Source: Verrucomicrobiia bacterium (GTDB lineage Bacteria; Verrucomicrobiota; Verrucomicrobiia; Palsa-1439). From it: a stretch of DNA of 64,000 nt. The notes beneath the pieces were generated by a model. The model did not search any database. It was not told the DNA's origin and worked only from the letters and a program-made list of their open reading frames with translations. Where the stretch lies: assembly GCA_049510215.1 (NCBI GenBank), contig JBEKZD010000003.1, positions 24,544 to 88,543 of the forward strand, in the 5' to 3' direction. Below are positions 29,867 through 38,154 of this stretch, in pieces (positions within the stretch are counted from its first letter, which is position 1; each line of letters opens with the position of its first letter). The position numbers and the translations under genes were made by a program.

Positions 29867-29887
29867 TAGAAGCGCAGCTACACCGAG
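29867..29887. repeat. perfect palindrome CTGCGCTTC-ATA-GAAGCGCAG (copy 2 of 2)
   Basis: Identical to 3677-3697, including the following CTACA. Confidence 0.7.
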
Positions 29888-29896
29888 AGAATCAAC

Positions 29897-30337
29897 ATGG
29901 CTGAAGTCCAAAAAGACACCGTCGGTTCGCGCGAGGACACGCTGCGATTTCTCGACATGGTTGGCCTGTTCGGCAGCCAGGCGATGATTTGCCTCGGCAA
30001 GCTCGCCAATCCCATGACCGGCAAAGCCGAGAAGAATCTTCCCGCCGCGCGCCTGTTCATCGACACGTTGGAAATGCTGGAGCGCAAAACGCAAGGCAAT
30101 CTCACTGCTGACGAAACCAAAGTCTTGCACGCCACGCTCACCGATCTGCGGCTGATGTACGTCGAAGAATCGAAACAGCCCGAAGAGCGAGGAGCGAAGA
30201 GCGAAGAGCGTCCCTCAGCCCCGGAACAAGGAAAGCCAGACGTGTCCGCCGAAGCCTCGGCGAAGCCGGACGTGTCCGCCGAAGCCTCGGCGAAGGCGGA
30301 CGAGTCCAAGGTCAGGTTCCGCAAGACCTACGAGTAA
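29897..30337 (+). CDS. DUF1844-like protein with a duplicated 10-aa segment
   Basis: RFLDMVGLFGSQAMICLGKL...IDTLEMLERKTQGNLTADE resembles DUF1844. A 30-bp perfect tandem duplication at 30235-30294 encodes KPDVSAEASA twice. Confidence 0.5.
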   Translation: MAEVQKDTVGSREDTLRFLDMVGLFGSQAMICLGKLANPMTGKAEKNLPAARLFIDTLEMLERKTQGNLTADETKVLHATLTDLRLMYVEESKQPEERGAKSEERPSAPEQGKPDVSAEASAKPDVSAEASAKADESKVRFRKTYE

Positions 30338-30522
30338 TACGACCGCCCTTGGCTTATGCTGAGAGTCAATCGTTGGCCCGCTCACACTGCTGTCCGCAGA
30401 TTTCATAAAGAGTAAGGCTTCGCCCATCCCGCGCCTTGGCTCAGCGATCCGCCTTGACAGATCAGGCGGCATTCGGGGATTGTCTCATCCGCTGGGAGAC
30501 GGCAAACCGAGGAGGAATGAAT

Positions 30523-31302
30523 ATGGGGCAATTGCCTTCAGAACAAGCCGGACCAACCGCACCCCAGTCGTCGCTGATGGGACGGCTGGCGAATGTTTAC
30601 GCCGCACCGGGCGAGGTCTTCGATCAAGTCAAAGCCAGCCCGCCTTCCACCGCCAACTGGCTCGCACCGGTTCTGATCTTTATCGTCGTGGGTTGGGTGG
30701 GAGGGTGGCTCGTCCTCTCGCAAGCCTCGGTCAAACAACAGTTGCGCGACATCCAGGAACAGGCCATCCAGAAACAGGTGGACAAAGGCCGTCTGTCCCA
30801 GAAGCAGGCCGACTCCGCAATGCAGGCAGGGGAGAAGTTCGCCAACATCGGCGCCATAGCTGGCGTCGCGGTTGTAACACCACTCGCCGCCTTCGCCTCT
30901 CCGCTTTTATGGGGCCTGGCCGTCTGGCTGGTCGGCGTCAAGATCTTGAAAGGCAACTTCACTTACATGAAAGCCTTGGAAGTCGCGGGCTTGGCCAACA
31001 TGATCGGCGTGCTGGGTTCCATCGTCTGGACGCTGCTCATCCTGATCACGGGCAACTTCTTTGCTTCACCCGGCCTGATGCTGCTCGTCAAGGATTTCGA
31101 TCCGCAAAATAGCCTCCACTCCGTTCTCGCCGCGATCAACGTCATGACTTTCTGGGGGCTGGCCGTGAAAGCGATCGGACTGTCGCGCCTGAGCGGCGCA
31201 TCGTTTGGCAAGGCCGCAGTGTGGATCTTCGTGATTTGGGCCGCTTGGACCGGCTCGATGATTGGCATCGGTGCCGCATTCCGTGCTGCCTTTGGCGGGT
31301 AA
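30523..31302 (+). CDS. Yip1-domain membrane protein
   Basis: Five-TM Yip1-like topology. Start set to the ATG 7 nt after GGAGG. About 70% identical to the downstream paralog. Confidence 0.55.
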   Translation: MGQLPSEQAGPTAPQSSLMGRLANVYAAPGEVFDQVKASPPSTANWLAPVLIFIVVGWVGGWLVLSQASVKQQLRDIQEQAIQKQVDKGRLSQKQADSAMQAGEKFANIGAIAGVAVVTPLAAFASPLLWGLAVWLVGVKILKGNFTYMKALEVAGLANMIGVLGSIVWTLLILITGNFFASPGLMLLVKDFDPQNSLHSVLAAINVMTFWGLAVKAIGLSRLSGASFGKAAVWIFVIWAAWTGSMIGIGAAFRAAFGG

Positions 31303-31311
31303 CGCCTTCGG

Positions 31312-31378
31312 GGTAGGGTGCGCTCGCTGAGCGTGCCGCTCCGGAGGTTCGGGCAGCCCGGCGGTCTGCCCCTACCAA
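31312..31378. mobile_element. MITE-like element, family 2 copy (GGGGTAGGG...CCCCTACC)
   Basis: ggggtagggtgcgctcgctgagcgtgccgctccggaggttcgggcagcccggcggtctgcccctacc. Confidence 0.6.
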
Positions 31379-31517
31379 CACCTGTCAGATCAACTTTGAC
31401 AGAAGCCCGCTCGCGCAATCACCAACGACTTTTTCAACAGCTTCATCCGTCTTGACAGAACCGTCAGCATCAGGGGATTGTCTCACTCGCTGGGACGGCA
31501 AGCCGCCGGGAAACACC

Positions 31518-32285
31518 ATGGATCAATTGCCTTCAGACCAAACCGGGCCAACCGTTCCCCGGTCATCCCTCATCGGACGGCTGGCGAATGTTTACGCCAC
31601 ACCGGGCGAGGTCTTCGACCAAGTCAAAGCCAGTCCGCGTTCCATCCTCAACTGGCTCGTGCCGTGCCTGATCCTCCTGCTCGTGGGTTGGCTGGGAACG
31701 CGGTTCGCCCTCTCCCAAGCCGTCATCAAACAACAGTTGCGCGACTACGAGGAACAAGGCGTCCAGAGACTGGTGGACAAAGGCCGAATACCGAAGGAGC
31801 AGGCTGACGCTGCCCAGGAAGCGGGGCAGGCCAGCCTCAATGTCCGTATCTCGTCTGAACCACTGTACAACGCGATCGCAGTCCCGTTTTTGTGGGCCGT
31901 GCTCTTCTGGCTCGTCGGGACCGTGCCCTTGAAAGGCAATTTCACCTACCTGAAAGCCTTGGAAGTCGTCGGCTTGGCAAGCATGATTACCGTGCTGGGT
32001 TCCGTCGTCAGAACGCTGCTCATCCTGGCCACGGGAAACTTCTTTGCCTCACCCGGCCTGATGCTGGTGGTCAAGGAATTCGATCCGCAGAACACGCTCC
32101 ACTCCGTTCTCGCCGCGATCAACATCATGACCTTCTGGGCGCTGGCCGTGAAAGCGATCGGGCTGTCGCGGTTGAGCGGCGCATCGTTCGGCAAGGCGGC
32201 AATCTGGGTCTTCGTGCTTTGGGGCACTTGGACGGCCCTGCTGATTACCGTCAGCGCCGGAGCCCGCATCGCCTTCGGCGGATAA
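31518..32285 (+). CDS. Yip1-domain membrane protein (tandem paralog)
   Basis: Collinear with 30523-31302. The upstream 90 bp is also duplicated. Confidence 0.55.
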   Translation: MDQLPSDQTGPTVPRSSLIGRLANVYATPGEVFDQVKASPRSILNWLVPCLILLLVGWLGTRFALSQAVIKQQLRDYEEQGVQRLVDKGRIPKEQADAAQEAGQASLNVRISSEPLYNAIAVPFLWAVLFWLVGTVPLKGNFTYLKALEVVGLASMITVLGSVVRTLLILATGNFFASPGLMLVVKEFDPQNTLHSVLAAINIMTFWALAVKAIGLSRLSGASFGKAAIWVFVLWGTWTALLITVSAGARIAFGG

Positions 32286-32509
32286 CGCCGGGTGTAAGGC
32301 AATCAGTTGGCAGCGGTCGTGGAGAAAGTGCGGCGGCAATTATTTCGTAACGAGACCTGACCCGATTACTGCTCCAGCCGTGCCCGCTCAGGCCGCCGTG
32401 TTCTACAATGGCAACTAGGTCTTCAGCGGCGGGTCGATTCTCGCGTGGCGAACACAGACATCCTCTTAGCGTTCTATTAGGGGAATGTCCATGGTCTGAC
32501 AATTGGGTA

Positions 32510-32539
32510 TTGACAAGTCCCTTATTATTCGGTATAAAT
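32510..32539 (+). promoter_or_regulatory. sigma70-like promoter (TTGACA, 17 nt, TATAAA) upstream of the first small HTH gene
   Basis: ttgacaagtcccttattattcggtataaat. The consensus is borrowed from proteobacteria, so function in this lineage is unproven. Confidence 0.4.
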
Positions 32540-32591
32540 CACACGCACAGTGAATATGGAAGGTGTGACTTAAAACTAAGGAGGAAGCTCA

Positions 32592-32813
32592 ATGGAAGGC
32601 GATGTGCTTAAGAGGATCGACCGCAAGCTTTCAGCCGTCATGGCGCTTATGGTCGAAGCGCGAGAAACTCGAACGGATGCGGAGTTGGATAAGATCGAGC
32701 TACTTTTGGGGCGGTGTGGGTTGAGCGCACCCGAAATATCGGAAATCGTGGACAAATCGACCGAAGCAGTACGGAAGGCGATTCAAAGGGGACGGAAAGC
32801 GAAACGGACATAG
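32592..32813 (+). CDS. small HTH protein (paralog 1 of 4), low-GC island
   Basis: 73 aa with a strong SD (GGAGGAAGC). C-terminal HTH-like SAPEISEIVDKSTEAVRKAIQRGRKAKR. Confidence 0.5.
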   Translation: MEGDVLKRIDRKLSAVMALMVEARETRTDAELDKIELLLGRCGLSAPEISEIVDKSTEAVRKAIQRGRKAKRT

Positions 32814-32822
32814 GAATGTAAT

Positions 32823-33038
32823 ATGGACGAACAAACAAAAACGGAAGCATTGCTGGAGGAAGCGGTTCGTCTGCTTGCCATCCTGGCCAAGCGAGGCATG
32901 AATCAAACGGCGACAATCGCTGAGCTAAGTAATGCAGGCTTTCAGCCGAAGCGGATTGCAGAGCTTCTCGGGACGACGGCGAACACTGTAAGCGTCACCC
33001 TGGCCACATCGCGAAAGCGGAAGAAGGGTAAGCGGTAG
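32823..33038 (+). CDS. small HTH protein (paralog 2 of 4)
   Basis: 71 aa. C-terminus IAELLGTTANTVSVTLATSRKRKKGKR is a sigma-70 region-4/LuxR-like HTH. Confidence 0.5.
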   Translation: MDEQTKTEALLEEAVRLLAILAKRGMNQTATIAELSNAGFQPKRIAELLGTTANTVSVTLATSRKRKKGKR

Positions 33039-33064
33039 ACGTAGGTAAATCCGGATGAAAGTAG

Positions 33065-33283
33065 GTGGTTGGAATGAGTAAAGCCAAAAGCGATAATGAG
33101 CTATTAGAGGAAATCGGCGGGAAACTAGATCTAGTAATCGCGTTGCTTGCGATTCAAGGTAAGGAGCAGGGTGCACAGATTAAGATCCTGTATTCTCTCG
33201 GCTTTGATTCGAACACGATTGGCCGCTTGGTTGGCATGTCAGGAACCGCAGTCAGAGTGAGGAAATTCCGCGGACGTAAGTGA
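33065..33283 (+). CDS. small HTH protein (paralog 3 of 4)
   Basis: C-terminus IGRLVGMSGTAVRVRKFRGRK. N-terminal LLEEIGGKLDLVIALLAIQGKEQ shares the pattern seen in paralogs 1, 2 and 4. Confidence 0.5.
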   Translation: MVGMSKAKSDNELLEEIGGKLDLVIALLAIQGKEQGAQIKILYSLGFDSNTIGRLVGMSGTAVRVRKFRGRK

Positions 33284-33301
33284 GGTTCCGCGTCAGGCAT
33301 C

Positions 33302-34105
33302 ATGGACTTACAGGAGATGATTCTTCGCGGGCGCTTTATTTTTTCGGGGGCTGGCCAGCGCCTCAGGGTATATGAACTGGTAAACGGTAAGCGGAACACT
33401 GCCGAAATCGCCAGACTTGTTAAGCGTCATGTGAACAACGTCCGTCGGGATCTTACGATTATCAATGATGCAGAGCTGATCCAACCAAAGATGAAAAATG
33501 GTCAGTCGTTAGAGTCGAATGGCTTTCCGGTCTACGAAAAAGTGCCGCTTGGTAGGACTGTCCCCCTCAGCTACTTCGAGGGGCCGCCGGCACGCCTTCC
33601 CGCTTCCTCGGTAACGGCCACAGCGAAATCATCTTCGAAGGGTTATGTGACCAAGAAGCCCTCCGCTCTCGGGCTGCCAAGCGAGACGGAAATTCTGGAT
33701 ATCTGTAGGAACGGCGAGGATCAGATTTCCGAGTTCAAGGGACAAGGAACTGACTTTAATAAGATTAGCCGTGAGGTGGCCGCAATGCTCAATACTCGGG
33801 AGGGAGGCAGGGTTTTTTACGGAATCGACGACGCGGGCACAATTCAAGGCAGCGACATTTCTCGGCAACAATTCGACCAAGGGCTGCAGAATTCTATTCG
33901 AAATACAATTTCTCCGGCTGCGACGGTGAGACTACACTCCGTGTCCGTCGTGGGCTCGGAGGTCCTTGTGGTCATCGTGCCTCCGTGGAACAGAAGTGAT
34001 GTATATCAATTCGAAGGGCGTGTTCTCCTTCGAAAGGGCACAAATGTCTTCTTCGCGAAACCGGAAGAAAGCAAGAAACTTCACAAGGGGATTTACGTCG
34101 TCTGA
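33302..34105 (+). CDS. winged-helix HTH plus Schlafen-like AlbA_2 domain protein
   Basis: N-terminal ArsR/MarR-like HTH (NTAEIARLVKRHVNNVRRDL). C-terminal ISEFKGQGTDFNKISREVAAMLNTREGGRVFYGIDDAGTIQG...VLVVIVPPW matches the AlbA_2 (PF04326) consensus. Confidence 0.6.
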   Translation: MDLQEMILRGRFIFSGAGQRLRVYELVNGKRNTAEIARLVKRHVNNVRRDLTIINDAELIQPKMKNGQSLESNGFPVYEKVPLGRTVPLSYFEGPPARLPASSVTATAKSSSKGYVTKKPSALGLPSETEILDICRNGEDQISEFKGQGTDFNKISREVAAMLNTREGGRVFYGIDDAGTIQGSDISRQQFDQGLQNSIRNTISPAATVRLHSVSVVGSEVLVVIVPPWNRSDVYQFEGRVLLRKGTNVFFAKPEESKKLHKGIYVV

Positions 34106-34128
34106 CATGAGAGGAGGTTATTCTACCA

Positions 34129-34326
34129 ATGCCGAAGACTAAGAGAAACTCCACGCGAGAAGATCCAGCACTCAAAGAGTTGCAGCGGATCAGAAATCTG
34201 CTGATGCTTTGCTTAATTAAGTTGGGGGCCGATTCAAAGGAGCTTGATTTGGCTGTCGGGATGGGGTCCAGCAACATTCGAGCGATGCTCCCGATCAAGC
34301 AAATTGAGAAAATTCTAAAGGACTAG
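34129..34326 (+). CDS. small HTH protein (paralog 4 of 4)
   Basis: 65 aa with SD GAGGAGG. LKELQRIRNLLMLCLIKLGADSKELDLAVGMGSSNIRAM follows the same pattern as paralogs 1-3. Confidence 0.45.
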   Translation: MPKTKRNSTREDPALKELQRIRNLLMLCLIKLGADSKELDLAVGMGSSNIRAMLPIKQIEKILKD

Positions 34327-34396
34327 TCACGCTGCAATAAGGCGGTTCAAGGAGTTCTTGGGCGAGGCGTTGCTTCCCTGTTCTCTCCCGTCCGGC

Positions 34397-35884
34397 CTAG
34401 ACCTTCCCGGTTTCGAGGCCGAAGTAATCTTTCGCGTTGCCGAAGCAGATGTTGCGGACCATCGTGCCGAGCATTTTCATGTCGCGGGGTAGTTCGCCGT
34501 TGACGACGTCGCGGCCGAGGAGGTTGCAGAGCAGACGGCGGAAGTATTCGTGCCGCGAATAACTCAGGAAACAGCGCGAGTCGGTCAGCATGCCGACGAA
34601 CCGGCTGAGCAGACCGAGGTTGGACAGCGCGTTGATCTGCCATTCCATCGCTTCCTTCTGATCGAGAAACCACCAGCCGCTGCCGAACTGGATTTTGCCG
34701 GGCACGCTGCCGTCCTGGAAATTGCCGAGCATCGTGGCGAAGGCGTAGTTATCGGCGGGATTCAAGTTGTAGAGGATCGTTTTCGGGAAACGATTGGTCG
34801 AGTCGAGCCGGTCGAGATAACGCGCCAATGCCTCGGCCTGCGGCCAGTCGCCGATCGAGTCGAACCCCGTGTCGGCGCCGAGCGTGCGCATCAGGCGTGT
34901 GTTGTTGTTGCGCAACGCGCCGAGGTGCAATTGCATGACCCAGCCGCGCGCGGCGTAGAGTTCGCCCACAAACAGCAGCATGAAGCTGCGGAACTTGTTG
35001 GCCTCCGCTGGGGAGACCTTCTTTCCACTGCGGGCGTCTGCGAAAATGCGCGCCGCCTCGGCTTCGGTGCAATCGTCGGCATACACGTGATTCAACCCGT
35101 GATCGGAAAGGCGGCAGCCGTTGTCGTGAAAGTAACGATGCCGTTTCCTGAGCGCGTCGAGAAAGCCGCTCAAACTGCGGCATTCCACGCCACTCACCTG
35201 CCCGAGCTTGTCCACCCAGGCGTTGAACGCGGCTGGCTGGTCCACCGTCAACGCCTTGTCGGGCCGGAACGCCGGGTACACCCGCGTACCCAGTGGTTTG
35301 GTGGCGCGGGCGTCCCTGCCTGCGGATTGTGATTCGCGGATCTTCCGGTGATGTTCGAGCGAGTCGGTCGGATCGTCCGTCGTGCAGACGACCGCGACGC
35401 GATTTGTTTCAAGGATCGTGTGCACGGGCATTTTGGACAGCTTGGCGTTGGCCGTATCCCAAATCTCTTTCGCGGTGGACTCGTCAAGCAACTTGGTGAT
35501 GCCGAAGAACCGTTTCAATTCGAGGTGCGTCCAGTGATAGAGCGGATTGCGCAGCGTGTACGGCACCGTACGGGCGAAGGCGAGGAACTTCTCCCAGTCG
35601 CTGGCGTCGCCGGTGCAATACTTCTCCGACACGCCGTTGGAACGCATCGCGCGCCACTTGTAATGATCGCCCCCCAGCCAGACTTCATAAAGGTTGCGGA
35701 ATACTTTGTTGGCCGCAATCTGGTCGGGCGGCAGATGCGTGTGATAATCGAAGATCGGCTCGTGCTTGGCGTGGTCGTGGTACAACTCCCGCGCCACGTC
35801 ATTCTGCAGCAGAAAATCATCCGTAAGAAAAGTTCTGGTCGTCTTGGTTGTCTTGGCCGCTGGTTTGGTCTTGGTGCGTTTCAT
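34397..35884 (-). CDS. uxaC: glucuronate isomerase
   Basis: DFLLQNDVARELYHDHAKHEPIFDYHTHL is the UxaC N-terminal signature. Full-length conservation, with a short Lys/Thr-rich N-terminal extension. Confidence 0.85.
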   Translation of the reverse strand: MKRTKTKPAAKTTKTTRTFLTDDFLLQNDVARELYHDHAKHEPIFDYHTHLPPDQIAANKVFRNLYEVWLGGDHYKWRAMRSNGVSEKYCTGDASDWEKFLAFARTVPYTLRNPLYHWTHLELKRFFGITKLLDESTAKEIWDTANAKLSKMPVHTILETNRVAVVCTTDDPTDSLEHHRKIRESQSAGRDARATKPLGTRVYPAFRPDKALTVDQPAAFNAWVDKLGQVSGVECRSLSGFLDALRKRHRYFHDNGCRLSDHGLNHVYADDCTEAEAARIFADARSGKKVSPAEANKFRSFMLLFVGELYAARGWVMQLHLGALRNNNTRLMRTLGADTGFDSIGDWPQAEALARYLDRLDSTNRFPKTILYNLNPADNYAFATMLGNFQDGSVPGKIQFGSGWWFLDQKEAMEWQINALSNLGLLSRFVGMLTDSRCFLSYSRHEYFRRLLCNLLGRDVVNGELPRDMKMLGTMVRNICFGNAKDYFGLETGKV

Positions 35885-35904
35885 GGTTGCCTCCTAAATC
35901 TTAA

Positions 35905-36040
35905 GCAGTAAATCCGAAATCCGAATCTCGAAATCCGAAAATGAAAATCCGACCAGCGTGGCCCTATCCCTGCCGTCGTTTGTAAAATTGTAGTTTTCCT
36001 GACTTCCACTTGTTTCGGATTTTGTGCTTCGAGTTTTCCC
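35905..36040. repeat. short-tandem-repeat hairpin upstream of uxaC (AAATCCGA x5 direct, TCGGATTT inverted)
   Basis: gtaaatccgaaatccgaatctcgaaatccgaaaatgaaaatccga ... gtttcggattttgtg. Confidence 0.65.
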
Positions 36041-36161
36041 CTACTGGCTCCTGCGGTAGATCGCTCCGAAGATGGTCATCGGTTTCTCGCTGGTGGCGTC
36101 ACTGTACATTTCCGAGCGCGCACTGGCGCCGACCGACGGCGTACCGTTTGCGGTTCACAGC

Positions 36162-37340
36162 TTAGCCCTTGCTCAAGAGAGAGAGATGCTTGCTGAGGTG
36201 TTTGTCGAGCAACTCCTCGTGCAACGCCGCGTTCTTCTGGAGGACACCGAGGATGCGCGGCTTGAACTGCGGGTTGGTCAGCACCGAGCCGAACGTGACG
36301 TGCAGTAACTGCCGCCCCGGTATCTCGTCGAGAAACACAGGCTCATCCTTCGGCCCGCTGTACTTGGGCAGCGCCTTCACCTGTGCCAGGGTCGTCGAGA
36401 TGTGATAGCTCGCGCGATCCGTGTCGAACCTTCCGCGGCAGAACTCGACGATCTCACCAAACAGTTTTGTGTCCGTGCGTGCCACCACCCGCAACGCTTC
36501 CAGGTAACTCGTGCCCGCAGTCTTCACGTGCAACAGGTCGCCGCAGACGCGGCCGAAGATCGGATACACTGCGAATTTGTCCGAGCCGCTGTGGACGCTC
36601 ATCTTGTACGGGCCGCAGTGCTTCGCGATGGCGGCGTGTTGCACCAATGCTTCCTCGAACTTCTTCAGGTCGCCCTTGTAATCAATCCCTTTCTCAAAAT
36701 CGCCGATGAATCGCGGAGCGACGCTCACAACGTTCGGCACCTTGTGCCGCTTGAGTTCCATGCCGATGAATAAATGCTCCAGCACGCTCGTCGGTTCGTC
36801 GGTCTCGTCCACGCTGACTTCGATCTCAAACGGGCGCGCGCCCATGGTCTTCGCGATGTGACGGCCCATGGCGCCGACGTGCTCCAGCGCGGCAGCGTAC
36901 TTCGCCGCGGCGCGCTGCAGCGATGCGCGGTCAAACTGCGCCGTGGCAACCCCCGGCACGTCGAACTTCTTGCCGACGTAGAGCGACTCCAGTTCGGCAG
37001 TCAGCGTGCCCTTGCCGACGTACGCCGACGGATCAATCGTGAAAAAGCAGAAGCCTGCCGCCGCAGTCCGATCCACGTGTTCCGGCAACTTCAGGTGATC
37101 GGCGTCGGCGCCCCACGGCTTGGTATAGCCGAGTTTTGCCAGCGCGGTCTGGGCCGCTTTCATCACCTCTTCGGGTGAACGCTGGGTGCGCTCCATTTCG
37201 CGGATGGACTGCTGCGCGAAGATCGGAGCAAAATCATATTTCTTTGAAGCACTGAGATGACCGGGAGTCGCCAAGCCGGTGCGATCGCCGAAGCCAAAAG
37301 ATTTCTTGAGTCCCAAAGGAACAGCGTTGGTAATATTCAT
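36162..37340 (-). CDS. tagaturonate/fructuronate epimerase-like (UxaE family)
   Basis: SFGFGDRTGLATPGHL...PIFAQQSIREMERTQRSP...GADADHLK resembles the UxaE family signature. Sits between uxaC and araD. Confidence 0.5.
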   Translation of the reverse strand: MNITNAVPLGLKKSFGFGDRTGLATPGHLSASKKYDFAPIFAQQSIREMERTQRSPEEVMKAAQTALAKLGYTKPWGADADHLKLPEHVDRTAAAGFCFFTIDPSAYVGKGTLTAELESLYVGKKFDVPGVATAQFDRASLQRAAAKYAAALEHVGAMGRHIAKTMGARPFEIEVSVDETDEPTSVLEHLFIGMELKRHKVPNVVSVAPRFIGDFEKGIDYKGDLKKFEEALVQHAAIAKHCGPYKMSVHSGSDKFAVYPIFGRVCGDLLHVKTAGTSYLEALRVVARTDTKLFGEIVEFCRGRFDTDRASYHISTTLAQVKALPKYSGPKDEPVFLDEIPGRQLLHVTFGSVLTNPQFKPRILGVLQKNAALHEELLDKHLSKHLSLLSKG

Positions 37341-37385
37341 TGCAGTTGCATCCTAAGCGATGTGGCTCGTCATGCCAATTCCTAA

Positions 37386-38084
37386 TTATACGCGCTTCTG
37401 TCCGTAATACGCGCCCGGCCCGTGCTTGCGCAGAAAATGTTTGTCGAGCAGGACCTTCTGCATGGGTCTGACCGATGGTTTGACCCGCAATGTCTCGCTC
37501 GCCAGACGCGCCAGGTGTTCGAGCACGGCCGCGTTCTCGACCGCCTTCTCAACCGTTTCGCCCCATGCAAACGGTGCATGGCTGGCCACCAACACGCCGG
37601 GGAAACGAAGCGGGTCAACCTTCCTGAACTTCTCAACAATCACGTGCCCGGTGTTCGCTTCATACTCGGATTTGATTTCCCGGGCCGTGAGCAACCGCGT
37701 GCACGGTACCGGCCCGTGGAAATAATCCGCGTGCGTCGTTCCTAGCGGCGGAATCTCGCGCCGCGCCTGCGCCCACGCGGTGGCGTACAGGCTGTGCGTG
37801 TGCACGACGCCGCCGATACTCTTGAAGGCACGGTAAAGAATGCGGTGCGTCGGCGTATCGGAACTGGGCTTCAGATCGCCCTCGACGACCCTGCCTGTTT
37901 CCAGCGACACGACCACCATGTGCCCGGGTTTCATCCTGTCGTAAGGCACACCCGAGGGCTTGATCACCATGTTGCCGCTGGCGCGGTCAACGCCGCTGAC
38001 GTTGCCCCAGGTCTGGATGACCAGTCCCTCGGCAACCAGTTTCAGGTTCGCCTCACAAACTCGCTTCTTCAGTTCTTCAAGCAT
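37386..38084 (-). CDS. araD: L-ribulose-5-phosphate 4-epimerase (class II aldolase/adducin fold)
   Basis: [34 protein letters not shown]...[13 protein letters not shown] matches the AraD family. Start trimmed to MLEEL. Confidence 0.8.
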   Translation of the reverse strand: MLEELKKRVCEANLKLVAEGLVIQTWGNVSGVDRASGNMVIKPSGVPYDRMKPGHMVVVSLETGRVVEGDLKPSSDTPTHRILYRAFKSIGGVVHTHSLYATAWAQARREIPPLGTTHADYFHGPVPCTRLLTAREIKSEYEANTGHVIVEKFRKVDPLRFPGVLVASHAPFAWGETVEKAVENAAVLEHLARLASETLRVKPSVRPMQKVLLDKHFLRKHGPGAYYGQKRV

Positions 38085-38097
38085 CGCAAAACCTTTC

Positions 38098-38148
38098 CCC
38101 TTCACCTTGATCCTCTCCCTTGTTCAAAGGAGTGGGTCAGGGTGATGG
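38098..38148. mobile_element. short variant of MITE-like family 1 (CCTTCACCTTGATCC...GGTCAGGGTGATGG)
   Basis: Intergenic between araD and araB. Confidence 0.5.
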
Positions 38149-38154
38149 TTCGTG

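Noticed and set aside
32420-32460. tRNA-like T-arm fragment (gggtcgattctcgcg) that might mark an island integration site
   Set aside because: The flanking stems are not complementary and no acceptor or anticodon arms can be built. Probably a chance resemblance. No intact tRNA gene was recognised in the window.
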